Below, one piece after another: positions 1 through 10,080 of a DNA stretch of 32,000 nt (the stretch's first letter is position 1; every line of letters begins with the position of its first letter). The translations under genes were made by a program, and so were the position numbers. Below the pieces are notes generated by a model. It did not search any database and was not told the origin of the DNA. It worked only from the letters and a program-made list of their open reading frames with translations. The DNA is from Vibrio alginolyticus NBRC 15630 = ATCC 17749 (lineage in GTDB: Bacteria > Pseudomonadota > Gammaproteobacteria > Enterobacterales > Vibrionaceae), in NCBI RefSeq assembly GCF_000354175.2, contig NC_022349.1, forward strand, positions 90,001 to 122,000, given 5' to 3'.

Positions 1-1661
<1,661 letters not shown>

Positions 1662-1674
1662 GTTAGTGTTAAAA

Positions 1675-1700
1675 AACACGTCGTTTTCGGCGTGTTTCCT
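1675..1700 (+). terminator. Putative intrinsic terminator after icd (weak U-tract)
   Basis: The stem-loop aacacgtcg-tttt-cggcgtgtt (9 bp including one G-U pair) starts 14 nt after the icd stop. Its tail tcctatcc is only moderately T-rich. Confidence 0.5.
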
Positions 1701-1755
1701 ATCCTGTAAGTGCGTTGTAAGTGTTCCTTTTGTAACACGTGCTCTAAATAGTAAG

Positions 1756-1786
1756 AAACCCGCTATCTTGGCGGGTTTATTTTTCT
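1756..1786 (+). terminator. Rho-independent terminator
   Basis: Stem-loop aaacccgc-tatcttg-gcgggttt is followed by atttttctcttc. It lies between convergent icd and cspD, and the T-run is on the + strand. Confidence 0.8.
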
Positions 1787-1846
1787 CTTCAAAACATCAA
1801 CGTGGTGTTTCGAGAGCAATATTTTTATATTTCGATAGCGCTCTAA

Positions 1847-2065
1847 TTATTTGGCTTGGCCTTCAAGAGGCACGACGCTACTCGCGTGACAGCCTTTGGG
1901 ACCTTTTTCAATCTCGTAAGAGACTTGTTGGCCTGCTTTCAGTGTACGATAACCGTCCATCTGGATAGTTGAGTAGTGGGCAAAGATATCTCCCTCTTCT
2001 TCATCTGAACAAATAAACCCAAATCCTTTGGCATTGTTAAACCACTTTACTGTACCTGTAGCCAT
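1847..2065 (-). CDS. cspD: Cold-shock-domain protein CspD-like (72 aa)
   Basis: MATGTVKWFNNAKGFGFI...DIFAHYSTIQMDGYRTLKAGQQV carries the canonical CSD RNP1/RNP2 motifs. SD GAGGGA lies upstream. It is divergent from clpS, as in E. coli. Confidence 0.92.
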   Translation of the reverse strand: MATGTVKWFNNAKGFGFICSDEEEGDIFAHYSTIQMDGYRTLKAGQQVSYEIEKGPKGCHASSVVPLEGQAK

Positions 2066-2769
2066 GCTTTACATCCCTCATGCATTTTTTACTGATGTTG
2101 TTACTGCAACCAAGTTATACCTTTAACTTGGTACTACCATTGTCAGCGAATGCCAACAAACGTCAAATCAATGATAAGTCACATTCATCAAACCACTTAA
2201 AGAAGAGAAGTTTCAAAATGATGATTTATGCATCGACACTTTCCACTGTAGTCAATGAATTTCGACAGTCAATAGCAGTGAGCAACAAACAGAAACATAA
2301 TTGAAAACAAATCACTTTTGAGATTAACAAATTTGCAAACAGTTTTTCGTATATACGCAGAAGTTTAGTCAATTTGCCTATGAAGTGGCTCATACTGAAA
2401 AAGCCATACTGTCCGTGTTGCTTATGGGAGAAGAATCCTCTGACTGAATAAAAAATGAAGTTTTCGTGATAATTACCGTATTCTCAATGAGGAAGTGTGA
2501 TCCAGATAGAAGATGATGGGGTGGTTTGCAATAGTCCAAAAGCAATAAATAGAAAGTTCTTTTATAAGAAAAAATGTGTAACTTATCGACAAGCATCTTT
2601 TATTTGCGCCGTATCAAGACGTGCATTAGTCTCTATATTAGGTAGCAACTTTTATCGATCAAAGATCGAATTCGGTGCCATAACTCACTACACCGCGCTG
2701 CACGCTTGTGGTAGATTGTTTTTATAGGTCGAAAACATCAACCCTTTGATACGATATCTTTAGATTGCC

Positions 2770-3090
2770 ATGAGTAAAAATTTTGAATGGGTCACTCCGG
2801 ACTCTGATCTTCTGGAGCGAGAAAGTACGAAAGTCCAGCCACCTAAGCTGTACAATGTCGTACTCAATAATGATGACTATACACCTATGGATTTCGTCAT
2901 AGAGGTGCTTGAGCGATTTTTCTCACATGATATTGATAAAGCAACTCAAATCATGCTTCAGGTCCACTATGAAGGAAAGGCAATTTGCGGCACATACAGC
3001 GCAGAAATTGCCGAAACAAAAGTAGCGCAAGTTACGATGTACGCAAGGGAAAATGAACATCCGCTACTTTGCACTATGGAGCAAGCGTAA
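2770..3090 (+). CDS. clpS: ATP-dependent Clp protease adaptor ClpS (N-degron recognin)
   Basis: The 106-aa product has [34 protein letters not shown] and [15 protein letters not shown], close to E. coli ClpS. It sits immediately upstream of clpA. Confidence 0.95.
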   Translation: MSKNFEWVTPDSDLLERESTKVQPPKLYNVVLNNDDYTPMDFVIEVLERFFSHDIDKATQIMLQVHYEGKAICGTYSAEIAETKVAQVTMYARENEHPLLCTMEQA

Positions 3091-3140
3091 ACAAAGAAGA
3101 CTTGCTCGAACAACCCCAGTTGTTTTTTCGGGAGGTACTT

Positions 3141-5408
3141 ATGCTAAATAAAGAACTAGAGTCAAGCCTTAACGGTGCATTTGCTCGGGCGCGAGATAAA
3201 CGCCACGAGTTTATGACTGTCGAACACCTCCTACTTGCATTGTTGGAAAATGATGCAGCTAAGGAAGCCCTTCTAGCTTGTAAGGCGGATCTTGACGCTT
3301 TACGCAACGAACTCGATATTTTCATCGATCAAACTACGCCTCTTATCCCAGATAGTGATGAGACGCGTGAAACGCAGCCGACTTTGAGTTTTCAACGTGT
3401 ACTACAACGCGCCGTCTTTCATGTACAGTCGTCTGGTCGTAATGAAGTAACAGGCGCCAACGTGCTTGTTGCTATCTTCAGTGAACAAGAGTCGCATGCC
3501 GCTTACTTACTGAAGAAAAATGACATCTCCCGATTAGATATTGTTAATTTCATCTCCCACGGTATTACTAAAGCATCAGGTGCAGGTGAGGATTCATCAT
3601 CAGACTCGTTTAGCTCAGAAAGTGTTGAAGAGCCTAATTCTGAAGAACGCCTAGAAAGCTTTGCGACGAATCTTAATCAAGTCGCTAAAGATGGAAACAT
3701 CGACCCACTCATTGGACGTGATAAAGAGTTAGAGCGCACTATTCAGGTACTTTGTCGACGCCGCAAGAATAATCCACTACTAGTGGGTGAGGCAGGAGTT
3801 GGTAAAACAGCCATTGCGGAAGGTCTTGCATGGCGAATTGTCGAAGGGCAGGTCCCTGAGGTCATTCAAAACAGCGTGATTTATTCACTAGATATTGGCT
3901 CTTTGCTCGCTGGTACCAAATATCGCGGTGATTTTGAAAAGCGCTTCAAGGCGATTTTGAAACAACTTGAAAAAGAAGAAGATGCCATTTTGTTCATCGA
4001 TGAAATACATACCATCATCGGTGCAGGCGCGGCATCTGGTGGTCAAGTCGATGCAGCAAATCTTATTAAGCCTCTTTTAAGTAGCGGTAAGTTGCGTTGT
4101 ATTGGTTCGACGACATACCAAGAATACAGCAACATTTTCGAGAAAGAGCGTGCGTTGTCTCGCCGTTTCCAAAAGATAGACGTTGTAGAGCCTTCATTGG
4201 ATGATACAACTAAAATCTTGATGGGTTTGAAGCCGAAGTACGAAGCTCACCATGAAGTACGTTATACCAATAAAGCACTGCGTGCCGCGGTAGAACTGTC
4301 GGCTAAATACATTAATGAACGCCATCTACCAGATAAGGCCATTGATGTCATTGATGAAGCTGGTGCGCGTAGTCGTCTTGCTCCTGCAAGCCGTCGTAAA
4401 AAAACGGTCGGAGTGGCTGATATCGAATCAATGGTTGCCAAAATGGCGCGAATTCCAGAGAAGTCGGTTTCTTCTTCAGATAAAGACATTTTGAAAAACT
4501 TAGATAGCAAAATGAAGATGTTGGTATTCGGTCAAGATAATGCGATTGATGCATTGTCCGAGGCGATCAAGCTGACACGTGCAGGTTTAGGTGTAGACAA
4601 CAAACCTGTTGGTTCATTCTTGTTTGCAGGCCCAACAGGGGTTGGTAAAACAGAGGTGACGGTGCAGTTATCTAAGCTTCTAGGTATCGAGCTACTTCGT
4701 TTTGATATGTCTGAGTATGGTGAGCGTCACTCCGTAAGTCGCTTAATTGGTGCGCCTCCTGGTTATGTCGGTTATGACCAAGGTGGTTTGCTAACCGATG
4801 CTGTTATTAAGCACCCACACTCAGTCGTATTACTTGATGAGATTGAAAAAGCGCACCCTGATATCTTTAACCTGTTGTTGCAAGTCATGGATAACGGTAC
4901 GCTAACGGACAACAATGGTCGCAAAGCAGACTTCCGTAATGTCATTCTTGTTATGACAACTAACGCAGGTGTGGCGGAAACCGAGAAGAAATCAATTGGT
5001 TTGATTCAACAAGACAACAGTCACGATGCAATGGCGGAAATTAAGAAGGTGTTTACTCCTGAGTTCCGTAACCGTCTTGATAACATCATCTGGTTTAACA
5101 GCCTTGATGAAAGCGTTATCCATCAAGTGGTTGATAAGTTCATTGTTGAACTGCAAGTGCAACTTGATGCGAGAGGCGTTTCAATGGAAGTATCGCAAGA
5201 CGCTCGCCATTGGTTAGCACATAAAGGTTATGACAAAGCTATGGGGGCTCGCCCAATGGGGCGTGTTATCCAAGAACAGCTTAAGAAGCCTTTGGCTAAC
5301 GAACTGTTGTTTGGATCTTTAGTTGACGGCGGTACAGTGAAAGTAACGCTGGTCAACGATACGCTTGAGTTTGAATACTTAAGTGAGAAAGAGACAGCGA
5401 TGCATTAA
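3141..5408 (+). CDS. clpA: ATP-dependent Clp protease ATP-binding subunit ClpA (755 aa)
   Basis: I place the start at ATG 3141, preceded by GGAGG at 3131-3135. [35 protein letters not shown] matches the ClpA N-terminus. Two Walker A motifs are present ([16 protein letters not shown]). The ORF-track start at 3069 overlaps clpS and is an artefactual extension. Confidence 0.95.
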   Translation: MLNKELESSLNGAFARARDKRHEFMTVEHLLLALLENDAAKEALLACKADLDALRNELDIFIDQTTPLIPDSDETRETQPTLSFQRVLQRAVFHVQSSGRNEVTGANVLVAIFSEQESHAAYLLKKNDISRLDIVNFISHGITKASGAGEDSSSDSFSSESVEEPNSEERLESFATNLNQVAKDGNIDPLIGRDKELERTIQVLCRRRKNNPLLVGEAGVGKTAIAEGLAWRIVEGQVPEVIQNSVIYSLDIGSLLAGTKYRGDFEKRFKAILKQLEKEEDAILFIDEIHTIIGAGAASGGQVDAANLIKPLLSSGKLRCIGSTTYQEYSNIFEKERALSRRFQKIDVVEPSLDDTTKILMGLKPKYEAHHEVRYTNKALRAAVELSAKYINERHLPDKAIDVIDEAGARSRLAPASRRKKTVGVADIESMVAKMARIPEKSVSSSDKDILKNLDSKMKMLVFGQDNAIDALSEAIKLTRAGLGVDNKPVGSFLFAGPTGVGKTEVTVQLSKLLGIELLRFDMSEYGERHSVSRLIGAPPGYVGYDQGGLLTDAVIKHPHSVVLLDEIEKAHPDIFNLLLQVMDNGTLTDNNGRKADFRNVILVMTTNAGVAETEKKSIGLIQQDNSHDAMAEIKKVFTPEFRNRLDNIIWFNSLDESVIHQVVDKFIVELQVQLDARGVSMEVSQDARHWLAHKGYDKAMGARPMGRVIQEQLKKPLANELLFGSLVDGGTVKVTLVNDTLEFEYLSEKETAMH

Positions 5409-5433
5409 TCGTTAGTCGGTAACAAACGCAAAA

Positions 5434-5461
5434 GCGCACGAGAAGATCGTGCGCTTTTTTA
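5434..5461 (+). terminator. Rho-independent terminator of clpA
   Basis: Stem-loop gcgcacga-gaaga-tcgtgcgc is followed by T6. Confidence 0.85.
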
Positions 5462-5485
5462 TCTGAACTAAATCGGAAAAAATTG

Positions 5486-5526
5486 TGCAATAAAAAACGG
5501 AGCAGCTTGCTCCGTTTTTTATTGCA
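5486..5526. terminator. Bidirectional terminator formed by a 19-bp-arm perfect palindrome
   Basis: The palindrome reads tgcaataaaaaacggagca-gct-tgctccgttttttattgca. A GC core stem is flanked by A6 and T6, so it serves clpA (+) and infA (-). Confidence 0.85.
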
Positions 5527-5541
5527 TCCGAAAATCAGAGA

Positions 5542-5760
<219 letters not shown>

Positions 5761-5841
5761 TTAATCCTCTTTAGAAATTAGGCAATATTAGCGGGCTATA
5801 TTCTGCCGCTAAATAGTAATTATGTAAAGTTGAGGCGTATT

Positions 5842-6543
5842 CTACCCTCGCCAACGCTGATTTACTAGCCTTTGGTGGCGTTGAAAGCGTGTTTTGTAGC
5901 TCATTGCTGGGCACTCATCAATCTGATATCCCAAATATAGCCACTGTTGTTTGTTTTCTTGGCAGTATTTAATTTGATAAAGCACTGCTAACGTGCCAAG
6001 AGATAACTCGTAGTCAGGGTCAAAGAAAGTATAAAAAGCACTCGAGCATTGTGGCATCAAATCTGTCACCGCAATGGCGAGCAATCGATCTGATTCATCG
6101 TAAATGTGTAAAAACGACGTTGTCAGCCAGCTAGTTTGAGCAAATCGAGCAAACTCATCACGCTTTGGTGGGTACATAGTGCCGTTTTTATGCCGTTTGC
6201 CGATGTACCGACTGTAAAGCTCAAACCATTCCTCATCCATTTCAGGTTTCATTTCCCAGCGTAAAGACTGTGCTTTATTAAGCAGCCTCTTCTGACTTTT
6301 TGATAATCTAACGTCTGGAATCGAGACTCGAATTGGCTGGCAAGCGGTGCAATGCTCGCAATGCGGTTTATATATGGTATCTCCGCTACGACGAAAACCG
6401 TTAGCCATGAGCAACTGGTAATTTTCTTCAGTATGCAGCCTTTCATCAAGCGCCACCGCAACCCGCTCTTGCCGTTCAGGCAAATAACTACAAGGGTGAT
6501 TATTCGTCAACCCTATTCGAATATGTTGTATATCCGTACTCAT
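5842..6543 (-). CDS. bpt: Aspartate/glutamate leucyltransferase (bacterial arginyltransferase homologue, Bpt/Ate family)
   Basis: The 233-aa product has an ATE_N-like Cys cluster (HPCSYLP...CEHCTACQP) and an ATE_C-like C-terminal half. Its start overlaps the aat stop (ATGA at 6540-6543). Confidence 0.85.
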   Translation of the reverse strand: MSTDIQHIRIGLTNNHPCSYLPERQERVAVALDERLHTEENYQLLMANGFRRSGDTIYKPHCEHCTACQPIRVSIPDVRLSKSQKRLLNKAQSLRWEMKPEMDEEWFELYSRYIGKRHKNGTMYPPKRDEFARFAQTSWLTTSFLHIYDESDRLLAIAVTDLMPQCSSAFYTFFDPDYELSLGTLAVLYQIKYCQENKQQWLYLGYQIDECPAMSYKTRFQRHQRLVNQRWRG

Positions 6544-7247
6544 ACTGAATCCTGCAAAACTTGGGGCTGATAGGCATCAAATAGTGTTTGCTTTTCTCTT
6601 AAAGATAGTAGTTTTTGCATAAATTCGTCACGCTCAAGTTCAAATGCGCCAAGTGATGCCAAGTGAGAATTCATAACTTGGCAATCGATTAATTGACCTT
6701 GCTTTGACGCCAAATGGTTGCATAAGTACCACAATGCAATTTTGGATGCGTTATCTTTTAGGCTAAACATCGACTCCCCGCAAAAAAGTTGGCCCACGCA
6801 GATGCCATATAGTCCGCCAATCAGGTTGTTGTCATGCCATACTTCTACAGAGTGACAGTGACCAAGTTTGGCTAACTCAATGTAGGAAGTTTGCATTTCC
6901 TCGTTGAGCCATGTTTCCTCTGCAGGGCGTGTTGAAGAACATAGTCTAATCACTTCTTCTGTCGCGAAATTGAGTGTTACTTTATAGTTATGTTTACGCT
7001 GAAATTTTTTGAGACTTTTAGATGGCTTAAACTGCAATGGGTCAAACACAGCGCGCGGAGAAGGGCTCCACCATAAAATAGGTTCACCAGGACCATACCA
7101 AGGGAAAATGCCTTGATAATAACCATTGAGGATTCTCATGGGGTTTAAGTCACCACCAAAAGCCAGCAAGCCATTGGGGTCGCTGAGTGCTTTATAGGGT
7201 GAGGGAAAGTTGAACGTTTCATCGAGTTCAGTTAAATAAATAGCCAT
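6540..7247 (-). CDS. aat: Leucyl/phenylalanyl-tRNA--protein transferase
   Basis: The 235-aa product has FPSPYKALSDPNGLLAFGGDL, GIFPWYGPGEPILWWSPSPRAV, LFCGESMFS and LIDCQV, closely parallel to E. coli Aat. Confidence 0.93.
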   Translation of the reverse strand: MAIYLTELDETFNFPSPYKALSDPNGLLAFGGDLNPMRILNGYYQGIFPWYGPGEPILWWSPSPRAVFDPLQFKPSKSLKKFQRKHNYKVTLNFATEEVIRLCSSTRPAEETWLNEEMQTSYIELAKLGHCHSVEVWHDNNLIGGLYGICVGQLFCGESMFSLKDNASKIALWYLCNHLASKQGQLIDCQVMNSHLASLGAFELERDEFMQKLLSLREKQTLFDAYQPQVLQDSV

Positions 7248-7283
7248 AAGAAGTCGTTACCAACATTGGAGTCAGAGGAGTTT

Positions 7284-7763
7284 ATGATGACCTGGTTAAG
7301 AAATATCGTAAAAGTATGGCTTGGGATCATACTGTTTTTACCACTTGTCGCCAACGCAGCCTATGAAAGAAATGTTGCCAAGCCAGTTAATGAAGTAGTT
7401 TACGGGAAGATTGACTCTGTCCGTTATATTACTCAACAAGAGGTTGTTCAATCGAAAAGTAACGGTTGGAAGACACTACTTGGTGCCACTATCGGTGGTT
7501 TAGTCGGTAATCAATTTGGTGGCGGTACGGGAAGAGAAGTCGCGACGGCAGTGGGTGCGCTTGCAGGTGCCGCAGTTGCTCAAAACCAAAGTAATTACCA
7601 ATACACGGTTGAATATAAGTTAGTTGAGCTACTCATCAAAGTGAAGGGTGATAAGCTAATTAATGTCATCCAAGATGTTGATAAAAATATGTTATTTAGT
7701 CGAGGGGATGAAGTTCGTATTTTATATTTTGATGATGGAGTCAGGGTTGATATCACTTATTAA
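7284..7763 (+). CDS. Secreted/membrane glycine-zipper protein (SlyB / Rick_17kDa_Anti-like) with an uncharacterised C-terminal domain
   Basis: ATG 7284 is preceded by GAGGAG (7275-7280). There is an N-terminal signal-like segment (VWLGIILFLPLVANA|AY) and no lipobox Cys. A glycine zipper is present (GATIGGLVGNQFGGGTGREVATAVGALAGAAVA). The listed TTG 7266 start is less likely. Confidence 0.7.
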   Translation: MMTWLRNIVKVWLGIILFLPLVANAAYERNVAKPVNEVVYGKIDSVRYITQQEVVQSKSNGWKTLLGATIGGLVGNQFGGGTGREVATAVGALAGAAVAQNQSNYQYTVEYKLVELLIKVKGDKLINVIQDVDKNMLFSRGDEVRILYFDDGVRVDITY

Positions 7764-8053
7764 CCCTAGGTTGTTTTAGCCTAACGAAGCCTAATCAGGC
7801 ATGTACAGTCGGGCTGGCTTATCGTCAAATAAAGTCGAAATAGTTTGCTGTTTCGCCGTGCTTCTTTCGCTCTGATTTACATCGCTGGCAATGCCTTTAA
7901 TTCTGTATCTTTAGGCTGCTTGAGGATATTCATAAATTAGCACCGATTTACTCTGGTTTTGTCGTGTTTTTTTGGGTAGTCTGAATTCACGAAGAATTGT
8001 TTAGCCCTCATAAAAAATCGTATGTTGAGGGCACAAAGGATTATCAACTTTTA

Positions 8054-9334
8054 ATGGAAAGCCTAACGTTACAACCTATCAATAAAATTCAAGGGGAAGT
8101 GAACCTTCCTGGCTCTAAAAGCGTTTCTAATCGAGCTCTTTTACTTGCTGCTCTTGCTAAAGGCAGAACTCGCCTTACTAATCTCCTCGACAGTGATGAT
8201 ATCCGTCATATGCTGAATGCGCTGACTAAACTAGGCGTTCAATACCAACTTTCCGAAGATAAAACAGAATGTCTCGTTGAAGGCCTTGGGCGTCCGTTTT
8301 CTGTCTCAGAGCCGGTAGAGTTATTTCTCGGCAATGCTGGCACTGCGATGCGACCATTAGCTGCGGCTCTTTGTCTTGGAGAAGGGGAGTATGTACTGAC
8401 GGGCGAACCTCGTATGAAAGAGCGTCCAATTGGTCACCTTGTCACGGCACTGAAAGATGCTGGTGCGAACGTTGAGTACATGGAAAACGAGAACTTTCCG
8501 CCTCTCAAAATAATTGGTACTGGCCTAAAAGCAGGTACAGTTTCTATCGATGGGTCCATTTCAAGTCAGTTCTTGACCGCTTTCTTAATGTCTGCGCCAT
8601 TGGCTGAAGGTGAAATTCGCATCAACATCGAAGGCGATTTGGTTTCTAAGCCTTATATCGATATCACCCTGCATATCATGAAGCAGTTTGGAGTCGATGT
8701 GATCAACAACGACTATCAAGAGTTTGTGATCCCAGCCGGTCAGCAATACATCGCTCCAGGTGATTTCTTGGTTGAAGGTGACGCGTCTTCTGCTTCTTAC
8801 TTCTTGGCGGCGGCAGCCATCAAAGGTGGAGAAGTTAAAGTCACGGGTATCGGTAAAAACAGCATTCAAGGTGATATTCAATTTGCTGATGCGCTTGAAA
8901 AAATGGGTGCAGAAATTGAATGGGGTGATGACTACGTAATTTCACGTGTTGGTCAATTAAAAGGCATTGATATGGATTACAACCATATCCCTGATGCTGC
9001 AATGACCATCGCGACAACAGCGTTATTTGCCGAAGGCACTACCGCTATTCGTAACGTTTATAACTGGCGTGTAAAAGAAACAGACCGTTTGTCAGCTATG
9101 GCGACTGAGTTACGTAAAGTTGGTGCGGAAGTGGAAGAAGGGGAAGACTACATCATCGTCAAACCTGTCTCTCAGTTAAAGCATGCAGCGATTGATACTT
9201 ACGATGATCATCGTATGGCGATGTGTTTTTCGCTGGTGGCACTTAGTGATACGCCTGTGACGATTAACGATCCAAAGTGTACGTCGAAAACGTTCCCTGA
9301 CTACTTCGACAAACTTAAGGCTTTGAGCTGCTAA
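8054..9334 (+). CDS. aroA: 3-phosphoshikimate 1-carboxyvinyltransferase (EPSP synthase)
   Basis: I place the start at ATG 8054. [35 protein letters not shown] matches the AroA N-terminus, giving 426 aa. [13 protein letters not shown] and RVKETDR motifs are present. The TTG 7997 extension is spurious. Confidence 0.95.
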   Translation: MESLTLQPINKIQGEVNLPGSKSVSNRALLLAALAKGRTRLTNLLDSDDIRHMLNALTKLGVQYQLSEDKTECLVEGLGRPFSVSEPVELFLGNAGTAMRPLAAALCLGEGEYVLTGEPRMKERPIGHLVTALKDAGANVEYMENENFPPLKIIGTGLKAGTVSIDGSISSQFLTAFLMSAPLAEGEIRINIEGDLVSKPYIDITLHIMKQFGVDVINNDYQEFVIPAGQQYIAPGDFLVEGDASSASYFLAAAAIKGGEVKVTGIGKNSIQGDIQFADALEKMGAEIEWGDDYVISRVGQLKGIDMDYNHIPDAAMTIATTALFAEGTTAIRNVYNWRVKETDRLSAMATELRKVGAEVEEGEDYIIVKPVSQLKHAAIDTYDDHRMAMCFSLVALSDTPVTINDPKCTSKTFPDYFDKLKALSC

Positions 9335-9354
9335 ATATTCTGACCTGAAACAGG

Positions 9355-9386
9355 AAAGCCAGAGTGAATAACACTCTGGCTTTTTT
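9355..9386 (+). terminator. Rho-independent terminator of aroA (possibly shared with convergent yciN)
   Basis: Stem-loop gccagagtg-aataa-cactctggc is followed by T6. Confidence 0.85.
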
Positions 9387-9397
9387 GTTTCCCAATA

Positions 9398-9646
9398 CTA
9401 TTTAACCAGCGTAAATTCCTTAGAAAGGTGATGCGCTAAGTATTTGAACATATTGAATACTGCAGTCGTATTTGAAGTTGGTAAACCTTTGTCATCAAGG
9501 AAGTATTCACCTTTAAAAACTAAAACACCTTCTTTTTCTTCTACACTTGTTGCTCGCATTCCCTCGATGTAATCATCGTGCTCTTGGATGATTTGGTTAG
9601 CGATCAAAAGAAGGTCGAACTCTTCGATAAACGTTCTATCAGACAT
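9398..9646 (-). CDS. yciN: YciN-like protein (DUF2498)
   Basis: The 82-aa product has [36 protein letters not shown], which parallels E. coli YciN as I recall it. It is divergent from topA, exactly as in E. coli. Confidence 0.8.
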   Translation of the reverse strand: MSDRTFIEEFDLLLIANQIIQEHDDYIEGMRATSVEEKEGVLVFKGEYFLDDKGLPTSNTTAVFNMFKYLAHHLSKEFTLVK

Positions 9647-10080
9647 ATTCTTTCTACCATCCTATTCAGTTAAGAACGCTGAGTATACCTACAACTAAAA
9701 TGGGTTTGCATGATTAATTCAGTCAATCGTTCAGTAAGACTAAACAGATCAATTTTTAGAGTATAAGCATGATGCGGAGGAAGATGGCAGAGCATTGAAC
9801 CAAACTATTTTGTGATGGGTAACAAAATTTATTGCATTGGATTAGCGGATGCTAAGTTTGCCTGTTTAGATATGCCGCTCAATACCTTTCAGAACCCTGT
9901 CTTTTTGAAGTATAAAGACGATGAATTGTCAACCAATCGGATCTGAATTTCAAAAAAGCAGTTGATCTTCTTTTCATCTCGCACAATAGTAAAAAAAGAA
10001 GCAATGAAATAGAACATTATGCGGGTGGCCTTTAAACAAGGCTTCTACCCGCATTATTATGAAGGACGTTAGAGTCAGTT

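Noticed and set aside
1666-1968. 100-aa plus-strand ORF spanning the icd terminators and running antisense into cspD.
   Set aside because: It reads straight through two terminator hairpins and overlaps the well-supported cspD on the opposite strand. It has no SD.
2080-2727. Three ORFs (74, 68 and 76 aa) in the cspD-clpS spacer.
   Set aside because: They are AT-rich and low-complexity, lack an SD, overlap each other, and resemble no family I recognise. I treat the region as non-coding (see finding).
3069-3140. N-terminal extensions proposed by the ORF track for clpA (3069), aroA (7997), purR (20237), mukE (25232) and glgA (14500).
   Set aside because: In each case the extension has no counterpart in the well-known orthologue N-terminus and overlaps upstream genes or lacks an SD. 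A downstream start reproduces the conserved N-terminus.
9815-9946. 43-aa plus-strand ORF (MGNKIYCIGLADAKFACLDMPLNTFQNPVFLKYKDDELSTNRI) in the yciN-topA spacer.
   Set aside because: It has no SD upstream and no terminator or promoter context, and I do not recognise the sequence. It is probably a chance ORF in the topA promoter region. Checking conservation would be cheap.
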